From contig JAZUNV010000064.1 in the NCBI GenBank assembly GCA_045604305.1, positions 893 to 64,892 on the forward strand: DNA of 64,000 nt. The letters run 5' to 3'. A program made the position numbers and the translations under genes. Within the stretch, counting starts at the first letter, position 1. Each line of letters starts with the position of its first letter. The DNA is from Anaerovoracaceae bacterium (GTDB taxonomy: Bacteria > Bacillota > Clostridia > Peptostreptococcales > Anaerovoracaceae). The notes under the pieces were generated by a model. That model was not told the DNA's origin. It made no database searches and saw nothing but the letters and a program-made list of their open reading frames with translations. Below, in pieces: positions 9,872 through 17,043 of this stretch.

Positions 9872-11848
9872 ATGAGATCCTGTACAGGGAAAATACTTAA
9901 AGTAGATCTGACCGCGGGGACTACTGCGGTCGAAAAAATAGCTGACGAAGTATATGAGTCAGTACTTTCAGGCAAAGGACTTGGCGCATGGTATCTGTAC
10001 AAAAACATACCTGCAGGCGCTGATCCTCTCGGACCTGACAATATCCTGGGATTCTGCTCGGGAGCGCTTACCGGCACGGGTGCTTTCATGACGGGCAGAT
10101 TTACTGTTGTGTGCAAAAGCCCTCTTACGGGAGGCTGGGGAGACGCCAACTGCGGAGGAGTCTTTTCGCCTGCGATAAAGCAGTGCGGTTATGATGCCAT
10201 ATTCATAAGCGGCGTATCCGAAAGGCCTGTATATCTTTATTGCGACAACAAAGGAGCCGAGATAAGAGATGCTTCTGAATACTGGGGCCTGGATGCTGTA
10301 GAGGCAGAGAACAGACTGCTTGCCGAAAACAGCGGAGGCAAGAAGCCCCGTATAGCCGTGATCGGTCAGGCGGGCGAGAACCTGTCCCTGATCGCGGGTA
10401 TATGCAATGAAGGCGGCAGGATAGCCGGAAGAAGCGGTGTCGGAGCTGTAATGGGCAGCAAGAAGCTCAAGGCGGTCGTTCTCGCGGGCAGCAAAGCCAT
10501 GCCATGCGCGGACCCCGCTGCAGTAAAGGCTCTGTCGAAACAGCTCGGCAGCAAGATCAATAAGATGTGGATCCCTAAAGGACTGGGAGGCGGCATTGGC
10601 CTGATGGGGATAGGCATGGGTTCGAGTCCGTACGTTCTGCCTCTGGACGGATCCATGACTGCATATCTCTTCCGTGAATGGGGAACTCCTTCAAATACTC
10701 CTCTTGGCATAACCAGCGGCGACGGGCCTCTCAAAAACTGGAGCGCCGGTCCGGCCGAAGTAAAAGGTCTGCGCCTCGCTCTGGACTATAACCCGGAGAA
10801 GATAAACAAAATCGAGGAAGCGAAGTATCACTGCTACTCGTGTCCTCTCGGCTGTGGCGGACGACTTGATATATCAGGCGTGAAATACAGCGAATACTAC
10901 AAGACTCACAAGCCTGAATATGAAACGCTGCAGGCCTTCGGTCCTCTCTGTGTCAACCGCAACATGGATTCAGTGCTGTACATGAACGAGCTCCTGAACA
11001 GAGCCGGTATGGACTCCATTTCCGCCGGAAACACTGTCGCGTGGGCCATAGAGTGCTATGAGAACGGTATACTCACAAAGGAGCAGACGGACGGACTCGA
11101 ACTCAGCTGGGGCAACTTTGAGGCCGAGATCGAGCTGATCCGGAAGATGAAAGCCCGGGAAGGTTTCGGAAACGACCTTGCTGATGGTGTGAAGCGCGCT
11201 TCAGAGAAATACGGGGGGAAGGAATACGCCATGCACATCGGCGGACAGGAACCGGGCATGCACGATACCAGGAACGACCCGCAGCTCGGCATACACATGG
11301 TCGCTGAGCCTGCTCCGGGAAAGCACACGATCGGCATGTCCCTCCAGTACGGCGCGATGTCACTGTGCGATATCTGCAGCTGGGCCCCTCCGGCAAGCTT
11401 CCATCCTAAAGCGGATGACCTTGAAGCTACTGAGACGCTGGCTCTCATATCCAAGGCGAACGCCTGCTACTCGATGCTCATCGACGGCATGGGCAGCTGT
11501 TACTATGCCGAGATAATGGGCGTACACATGTACAAGGCAATCGAGTATATAAACGCGGCTGCCGGCTGGGACTACGACGGCGACCATTACATGGAGATAG
11601 GAGAGCGTATACAGACCATAAGGCAGATGTTCAATGTAAAGCACGGCTATGAACCGGCTGAGGTAAAGCTTCCGAAGCGCATGCAGGGGAAACCGCCCCT
11701 TAAGACCGGGCCGCTGAAAGGGGTCACTCTGAAAAACGACGAGCAGGTCGCGATGCACTGGAAGGCCTTCGGCTGGGACGAAAAGACCGGACATCCGCTT
11801 CCTGAGACCATAGAAAAACTTGGGATAAACAGACTACTGGAGATGTAA
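9872..11848 (+). CDS. Aldehyde:ferredoxin oxidoreductase family (tungsten pyranopterin enzyme), copy 1
   Basis: 658 aa. AOR N-terminus GKILKVDLT...GKGLGAWYLY, the Fe-S ligand region CYSCPLGCG, and AOR-family length. Confidence 0.92.
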   Translation: MRSCTGKILKVDLTAGTTAVEKIADEVYESVLSGKGLGAWYLYKNIPAGADPLGPDNILGFCSGALTGTGAFMTGRFTVVCKSPLTGGWGDANCGGVFSPAIKQCGYDAIFISGVSERPVYLYCDNKGAEIRDASEYWGLDAVEAENRLLAENSGGKKPRIAVIGQAGENLSLIAGICNEGGRIAGRSGVGAVMGSKKLKAVVLAGSKAMPCADPAAVKALSKQLGSKINKMWIPKGLGGGIGLMGIGMGSSPYVLPLDGSMTAYLFREWGTPSNTPLGITSGDGPLKNWSAGPAEVKGLRLALDYNPEKINKIEEAKYHCYSCPLGCGGRLDISGVKYSEYYKTHKPEYETLQAFGPLCVNRNMDSVLYMNELLNRAGMDSISAGNTVAWAIECYENGILTKEQTDGLELSWGNFEAEIELIRKMKAREGFGNDLADGVKRASEKYGGKEYAMHIGGQEPGMHDTRNDPQLGIHMVAEPAPGKHTIGMSLQYGAMSLCDICSWAPPASFHPKADDLEATETLALISKANACYSMLIDGMGSCYYAEIMGVHMYKAIEYINAAAGWDYDGDHYMEIGERIQTIRQMFNVKHGYEPAEVKLPKRMQGKPPLKTGPLKGVTLKNDEQVAMHWKAFGWDEKTGHPLPETIEKLGINRLLEM

Positions 11849-11849
11849 G

Positions 11850-12083
11850 ATGGCGAATGCAAAAAAGATACCGAGCTTTCATTATGAGAACTGCGTGAGC
11901 TGCAGCATCTGCGTGCAGGGATGCCCGACGGGGGCTATCGACCTTACGCGCCCGGGCAAGAGCGGCAGGTACAGAAACCTCTTTCCCAAGCTTGTGAACG
12001 ACAGATGCATAGGCTGCGCTTTATGCGCCAGAAACTGCCCGATGGACTGCATAAACATGCAGGCTGTATATGAGGCAGAATAG
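11850..12083 (+). CDS. 2x[4Fe-4S] ferredoxin
   Basis: 77 aa with two CxxCxxCxxxCP motifs (CVSCSICVQGCP, CIGCALCARNCP). Confidence 0.92.
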   Translation: MANAKKIPSFHYENCVSCSICVQGCPTGAIDLTRPGKSGRYRNLFPKLVNDRCIGCALCARNCPMDCINMQAVYEAE

Positions 12084-12123
12084 AGAAGATGATATGAGCT
12101 GGTAAAGGTGAAGGGGACGAAAA

Positions 12124-12357
12124 GTGAGAGTGAAGATATTCCCGCCGATCGGCTGCGACAGGAGCGCGCTGGACGAGAGATCGTGGGCAGAGATGCCTGA
12201 GGGCAGCACGGTAGGCGACGTGCTGAAGCTCATAAAATGCAGCCCCGTCAGAGCAAAGATACTGCTTGTCAGCGTGAACGGCGAGCGGGCGAAGCTCGGA
12301 AGGGTGCTTCATGACGGAGACGTTGTAGGTTTCTTTTCGCCTGTCTCCGGAGGATAG
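12124..12357 (+). CDS. MoaD/ThiS-family sulfur-carrier-like protein (C-terminal GG), copy 1
   Basis: 77 aa with a GTG start. It ends ...DGDVVGFFSPVSGG, which is the size and tail expected of a beta-grasp carrier. Confidence 0.8.
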   Translation: MRVKIFPPIGCDRSALDERSWAEMPEGSTVGDVLKLIKCSPVRAKILLVSVNGERAKLGRVLHDGDVVGFFSPVSGG

Positions 12358-12361
12358 GGTA

Positions 12362-12589
12362 ATGGGATGTAAAAAGTATGATGAAGTCTGGGCCCTGGAG
12401 ACAGACCGTGTAAAATCGTTTTTTGATGAGTCCCGAAGCGGGCATGGATGCGATGTTGCTGTCATAGCGATGCCGGACAGAAGCATCGGAACGATGAGCG
12501 TGCCGCAGACGAGGATAATTATTAACGGAGAAGGAGCTGATGAACTTCACAGGAGATTCTGCCTGAAGTTCATGACTGCAGGAGGTTAA
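12362..12589 (+). CDS. Hypothetical 75-aa protein ending in Gly-Gly
   Basis: ATG follows GGAGGATAGGGTA. It is tightly packed between the MoaD-like and CooC-like genes and ends ...CLKFMTAGG. I recognise no family. Confidence 0.6.
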   Translation: MGCKKYDEVWALETDRVKSFFDESRSGHGCDVAVIAMPDRSIGTMSVPQTRIIINGEGADELHRRFCLKFMTAGG

Positions 12590-12592
12590 ACG

Positions 12593-13333
12593 ATGAAGGT
12601 ATTACTGTGCGGAAAGGGCGGCTGCGGCAAGAGCACCGTTGCGTCCCTTCTTGCCGGGGCATATGCGGCCGGAGGAAAGAATGTACTGGTAGTTGACTGC
12701 GATGAGTCGAATTACGGTCTCCACAGACAGCTTGGCCTTGAACTGCCGGAAGATTTCACACATTATTTCGGAGGCAAGAAGGGGGCGTATAAGGAACTCG
12801 ACAGCAAGGGCAGAGTCTTTGATAAGAAATGGACACTTGATGATGTCCCTTCGGAATATACGAGCCAAAAGGATGGGATAAGGCTCATCGCTGTCGGCAA
12901 GATATCCGAGGCGGGCGAGGGCTGTGCATGCGGTATAGGCTTTCTTGCAAAGGAATTCCTGAACAACCTTGAGACTGGCGATAACGACATCGTCATAGTC
13001 GATACGGAGGCAGGGGTGGAACACTTCGGGAGGGGAGTGGATGAGTTTGCCGATGCCATCATAATGGTGGTCGATCCTTCATACGAGTCCATACATCTGT
13101 CCGGGAAGGTGTGCGACATGTGCCGTACGTTCGGCAAGCCGGTATACATAGTCATCAACAAAGCTGATGAAGCTCAGGAAAAACTGATAAGAGAGACTAT
13201 ACGGGACAGAGACGCTGTCATAGCGGCGATACGTCCCGACGCCGACATCATGGAGGCCGGTCTGAAGGGAGAGCCTCTTACTGCAGATATCCCTGAGATC
13301 GGCGTTATTGCGGATAAACTGGGAAAGGCCTGA
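12593..13333 (+). CDS. CooC/MinD-family P-loop NTPase (metallocentre maturation-type)
   Basis: Deviant Walker A CGKGGCGKST at the N-terminus, the Cys-x-Cys motif GEGCACG, and 246 aa. Confidence 0.85.
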   Translation: MKVLLCGKGGCGKSTVASLLAGAYAAGGKNVLVVDCDESNYGLHRQLGLELPEDFTHYFGGKKGAYKELDSKGRVFDKKWTLDDVPSEYTSQKDGIRLIAVGKISEAGEGCACGIGFLAKEFLNNLETGDNDIVIVDTEAGVEHFGRGVDEFADAIIMVVDPSYESIHLSGKVCDMCRTFGKPVYIVINKADEAQEKLIRETIRDRDAVIAAIRPDADIMEAGLKGEPLTADIPEIGVIADKLGKA

Positions 13334-13479
13334 CGGCTGAATGGAATGAAGAACATTACAACAGCCCGGTCAAGGCTAAGCTTCTGCTGGTGAGCGTGAA
13401 CGGCGAGAGGGCAAAGCTGAATAAAGAGCTGCACGACGGCGATGTAGTGGGATTCTTTTCACCGGTGTCCGGCGGCTGA
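13318..13479 (+). pseudogene. Start-less MoaD/ThiS C-terminal half (truncated paralog, or -1 frameshift extension of the CooC-like gene)
   Basis: It encodes ...SPVKAKLLLVSVNGERAKLNKELHDGDVVGFFSPVSGG*, matching the C-terminus of the 12124-12357 product at 33 of 38 residues. There is no ATG or RBS, and the frame is closed upstream by TAA 13315-13317. Confidence 0.7.
13321..13327 (+). promoter_or_regulatory. Candidate -1 ribosomal frameshift heptamer G_GGA_AAG
   Basis: In the zero frame of the CooC-like gene the sequence reads ctG GGA AAG gcc TGA. This is the X_XXY_YYZ pattern, and the -1 frame is open from 13318 to 13479. Confidence 0.4.
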
Positions 13480-13496
13480 AACAGGACAGGACAGCG

Positions 13497-13525
13497 AGGC
13501 GGTCTGACGGGACCGCCTTGTTTTA
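13497..13525 (+). terminator. Rho-independent terminator of the AOR-1 operon
   Basis: Stem AGGCGGTC (13497-13504) / GACCGCCT (13511-13518), followed by TGTTTTA. Confidence 0.7.
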
Positions 13526-13536
13526 TCCTCAATGCA

Positions 13537-13559
13537 TATTATTCCATTATGGAATAATA
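13537..13559. promoter_or_regulatory. Perfect 10-3-10 palindrome, candidate operator upstream of the FIST-AOR-2 operon
   Basis: TATTATTCCA tta TGGAATAATA, about 100 nt upstream of the FIST gene start. A further ATTCCAT half-site lies near 13603. Confidence 0.5.
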
Positions 13560-13662
13560 GATAGGCCGAGGTCTCTGAAGTGTGCAGACGATGAGTGATA
13601 AAATTCCATTGTATGTATCTGACTGATACGAAGTTCATTGTTTGTCTGAAAGGAGGCACGAT

Positions 13663-14823
13663 ATGATCAGATCAAAAGTTGGTACAAGCAAGCTCGCCGA
13701 TGCATTCGCAGCAGGCAGGGAAGCCGCTCTTGCAGCATGTGTTGAAGGCGCCAAGGTCGCATTCGTATACTGCAGCTGCGCATATGACGTTGCAGAGGTG
13801 GTAAAGGGCGTAAAGGATGCTCTTCCGGGCGTTCCTGTACTCGGCAACACATCGTTCACAGGCGTCATCACTGCTGACGGCTTTGTCGGCGGAGATGATC
13901 CGTTCGCAGGCGTTATGACACTTGCAGGCGACGACCTCGCAGTAGGCATCGCAGGAGCAGAGAGAAAGGACGCATGTCCGTGTGAGGACGGCGCAGTTCT
14001 CGCAAAAGCTGCAATGGAAGCAGCCGGCAAGACATGTGCACCTGATGCCATCTACATGGCAGCATCCCCTGCAGAGGAGGAATACTGGCTCAAGGGCATC
14101 AGCTCGGTGATCGGCAGAGTGCCTTTCTTCGGAGGAAGTGCTGCTGACAACGCCATCGCGGGCGAGTGGAAACTCTACGCGGATGATCTGCTCTTCGCTG
14201 ACGGCTGCATCACAGCATTCTTCTGGGGCGTCGGCATTACAAATGTATTCACGGGCGCATACAGGGAGACAGAAGACTTCGGCGTCATCACAAAGATCAA
14301 CGGCATCAGATGCCTCGCAGAGATCGACGGAGTACCGGCTGCTCAGAAGTTCCTCGAGTGGAGGAAGGACCTCAAGCCTGAGGACATCGAAGGCGGCAAT
14401 CTCCTCGTTACGACGATCACATCGCCTCTTGGCATCAAGGACCGCCTCGGCGACCTTATCGCCATCAGACACCCTATGAACGGCAATGATGACGGTTCCT
14501 TCGCTGTAGGCGCCAACCTTGCTGAGAAGACATGCGTCATCAGGATGGAAGCTACAGTAGACGAGCTCATAGATTCGGTAGGAAAGACTCTTGATGAGCT
14601 GTTAGAGAAGGCTCCTCAGAAGCCTGCAGCTCTGCACCTCGTACACTGCGGCGGACGCCGTGCCGGCATAGGCGACAGGATCGGCGAAGTAGCTGACGCG
14701 GTAAAGGCTAAGGCCGGAGACATCCCGTTCATCGTTGAGTTCACATTCGGTGAGTACGGATTCGTTTCGGATTCCAACAACACGATCGGCGGACTGATGC
14801 TCTCGTTCACAGCTCTTTACTAA
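13663..14823 (+). CDS. FIST N + FIST C domain protein (stand-alone)
   Basis: The start is at ATG 13663, after AAAGGAGG. The roughly 387-aa two-lobed layout, with GNTSFTGVIT... and ...FGEYGF motifs, is typical of FIST proteins. Confidence 0.75.
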   Translation: MIRSKVGTSKLADAFAAGREAALAACVEGAKVAFVYCSCAYDVAEVVKGVKDALPGVPVLGNTSFTGVITADGFVGGDDPFAGVMTLAGDDLAVGIAGAERKDACPCEDGAVLAKAAMEAAGKTCAPDAIYMAASPAEEEYWLKGISSVIGRVPFFGGSAADNAIAGEWKLYADDLLFADGCITAFFWGVGITNVFTGAYRETEDFGVITKINGIRCLAEIDGVPAAQKFLEWRKDLKPEDIEGGNLLVTTITSPLGIKDRLGDLIAIRHPMNGNDDGSFAVGANLAEKTCVIRMEATVDELIDSVGKTLDELLEKAPQKPAALHLVHCGGRRAGIGDRIGEVADAVKAKAGDIPFIVEFTFGEYGFVSDSNNTIGGLMLSFTALY

Positions 14824-14844
14824 TATCCGGGAAGGAGAATGATT

Positions 14845-16701
14845 ATGAACGGTTACTGGAAAAAACTCTGCAGAGTAGACCTTACTGAAAAAAAGTGGAC
14901 TGCAGAGGATATAGATGAGAAGACTCTGGATCTTCTGATGGGAGGCACGGCTCTCGGAGCCAAGATCCTCCTCGAGGAGACTCCGGCAAAGGTGGATCCG
15001 CTCTCGCCTGAGAACAAGATCGTATTTGCCATCGGCTGCTTGCAGGCATGTCCTAACGCGCCGGGCAATGCCAAGTGGAGCGTTATAACAAAGAGCCCTC
15101 TTACAGGCTCTGTAGCTGACTCCGCGGGTACGGGCGCATGGGCTCCTGCATTCAAGAAGTGCGGTTACGATGCTCTTGTCATCGAAGGAAAGGCTGACAA
15201 GCCGACATGGATCTACATCACTGATGACGGAGTGGAGTTCCGCGATGCAGCGGATCTGTGGGGACTGGACAGCGTAGACACATCACTCAAGATCAAGGAG
15301 ATCCTCGGAGACAAGAGGATAAATGCTCTCAACATCGGTACAGCCGGTGAGATCATGAATCCTATCGCGAACATCACCTGCGACGGACACTCCTTCGCCG
15401 GAAGAGGCGGCACGGGAGCAGTCATGGGTTCCAAGAACCTCAAGGCTATTGCCGCATGGGGCACACAGCAGTGCGAGATCGCAGATCTTGAGGGTGCAAA
15501 GGAATTCGCAAAGGAAGTATTCAGAAACCTGCATGAGGCGACCAAGGATGTTGAAGGAACTCCTTCGGTAATGGTAGGCATGGAGGAGATAGGAGACTCA
15601 CCGATCCGTTACTGGAGAGGAGATGTATGGCATAAGGGAGCCGAGATGATCGGAACACCGAGATACACCAAGTTCCTCAATGTAAAGCCTCTGCCTTGCC
15701 TCAACTGCCCGATCGGATGCCACAGACACATCGACATAGAGCTGTCTGACGGCGGACGCCTGGTAGGCAACGGTCCTGAGTATGAGACCCTCGGAACCAT
15801 GGGCTCCGGTCTTTGCATAGACGATCTCGAGGCCATCTCGCTTGCGAACGACATGGCCAACAGAGCGGGCGTTGACACGATCTCGCTCGGATCCTATGTT
15901 GGATTCCTGATCGAGTGCTACGAATCCTCGCTCATCACTGCTGAGGAGATCGGCATCGTTCCTAAGTTCGGCGACAAGGAGACTCTGCTCTTCCTCTGCG
16001 ACAAGCTGATAAAGAACGAGGGGATCGGAAAGATCTTCAAGAAGGGAATCCGCGGCGCGGCTGCCGAGATAGGCGGAGACGCTGCAGACTTCACGGTGGA
16101 AGTAAAGAACATGGATCTTCCGGCACACGACCCGAGAGCTGTATTCGCGAACTATCCGAATTATGCGACCACACCTCGCGGCGCATGCCACGAGAGAGGT
16201 GACACGCAGGCCATCGCTACAGGCCTTGTGTATCCTGAGGTAGGTCTCGAGGAGACACCGGACAGATTTTCTGTCGAGCAGGCTCCTGAGATCGCAGTGA
16301 TCTCCCAGGACGGAGCACTGATGTTCAACTGCCTCACTATATGCAAGTTCATGGTCAAGTTCGCCGGCATGACTATCTCAGAGCTGTGCCACGAGCTTGA
16401 GCTGATACTCGGCAGGGACGTCGATCCGTATGAACTCTTTAAGGTAGGTGCACGCTCGCAGAACCTGCAGAGACTCCTGAACGTACGTGACGGGATGGAC
16501 AGAAAGGACGACACGGCTCCTAAGAAGTTGTTCATACCGGCTGCCACGGGATCCCGCGCGTTCAAGGCTCCTACACACGAGGAGTTCGACTGGATGATGG
16601 ACGAGTACTACAGGCTGAGAGGCTGGGATGAGAATGGTATCCCTAAGGCCGAGACGCTTGAGGAGCTCGGACTCGGCGACTTCGTGAAGTATCTGCCGTA
16701 A
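14845..16701 (+). CDS. Aldehyde:ferredoxin oxidoreductase family (tungsten pyranopterin enzyme), copy 2
   Basis: AOR N-terminus KKLCRVDLT..., Fe-S region CLNCPIGCH. The start is set at ATG 14845, 7 nt after GAAGGAG. Confidence 0.92.
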   Translation: MNGYWKKLCRVDLTEKKWTAEDIDEKTLDLLMGGTALGAKILLEETPAKVDPLSPENKIVFAIGCLQACPNAPGNAKWSVITKSPLTGSVADSAGTGAWAPAFKKCGYDALVIEGKADKPTWIYITDDGVEFRDAADLWGLDSVDTSLKIKEILGDKRINALNIGTAGEIMNPIANITCDGHSFAGRGGTGAVMGSKNLKAIAAWGTQQCEIADLEGAKEFAKEVFRNLHEATKDVEGTPSVMVGMEEIGDSPIRYWRGDVWHKGAEMIGTPRYTKFLNVKPLPCLNCPIGCHRHIDIELSDGGRLVGNGPEYETLGTMGSGLCIDDLEAISLANDMANRAGVDTISLGSYVGFLIECYESSLITAEEIGIVPKFGDKETLLFLCDKLIKNEGIGKIFKKGIRGAAAEIGGDAADFTVEVKNMDLPAHDPRAVFANYPNYATTPRGACHERGDTQAIATGLVYPEVGLEETPDRFSVEQAPEIAVISQDGALMFNCLTICKFMVKFAGMTISELCHELELILGRDVDPYELFKVGARSQNLQRLLNVRDGMDRKDDTAPKKLFIPAATGSRAFKAPTHEEFDWMMDEYYRLRGWDENGIPKAETLEELGLGDFVKYLP

Positions 16702-16711
16702 GAGGTCTGCC

Positions 16712-16948
16712 ATGGTAAAGGTAAAATTCTACGGAATAATGAAGCCATACATGCCTGAAACTGAGGAAGACGGCTACTGGCATGCGGACAGGGACGGAAT
16801 GACGGTCGGCCAGATAATGGATGAGACCGGGGCGAGCGAAAAAGATGTAGCTGTGACCATCCTTGTGAACCGCATCAGGAAGACACAGGAGTATGTGCTG
16901 CAGGACGGCGATACTCTGACGGTCATGCCTTTGGTGGCAGGCGGCTAG
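16712..16948 (+). CDS. MoaD/ThiS-family sulfur-carrier-like protein (C-terminal GG), copy 2
   Basis: 78 aa, ending ...DGDTLTVMPLVAGG. Confidence 0.8.
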   Translation: MVKVKFYGIMKPYMPETEEDGYWHADRDGMTVGQIMDETGASEKDVAVTILVNRIRKTQEYVLQDGDTLTVMPLVAGG

Positions 16949-16990
16949 AACTGAATGATCTGTATCGATCGATATTATTGCACCGGGGCG

Positions 16991-17031
16991 TTTACGTCCC
17001 GGTATTTCTGCAATTATAATAAGAATTGCAG
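16991..17031 (+). promoter_or_regulatory. Putative promoter with overlapping 8-bp inverted repeat upstream of lctD
   Basis: TTTACG (16991-16996), 18-nt spacer, TATAAT (17015-17020). The -10 sits between the arms CTGCAATT (17008-17015) and AATTGCAG (17024-17031). Confidence 0.45.
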
Positions 17032-17043
17032 GGAGGAGAATAA

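Noticed and set aside
13480-13662. I looked for a Moco/Wco riboswitch upstream of the FIST-AOR-2 operon, upstream of tupA (21630-21754) and upstream of moaA.
   Set aside because: I cannot recognise the conserved Moco-motif core from memory in any of these regions. The tupA upstream region is AT-rich and unstructured, and moaA has no leader because it overlaps tupC. This needs a covariance-model scan before any claim.
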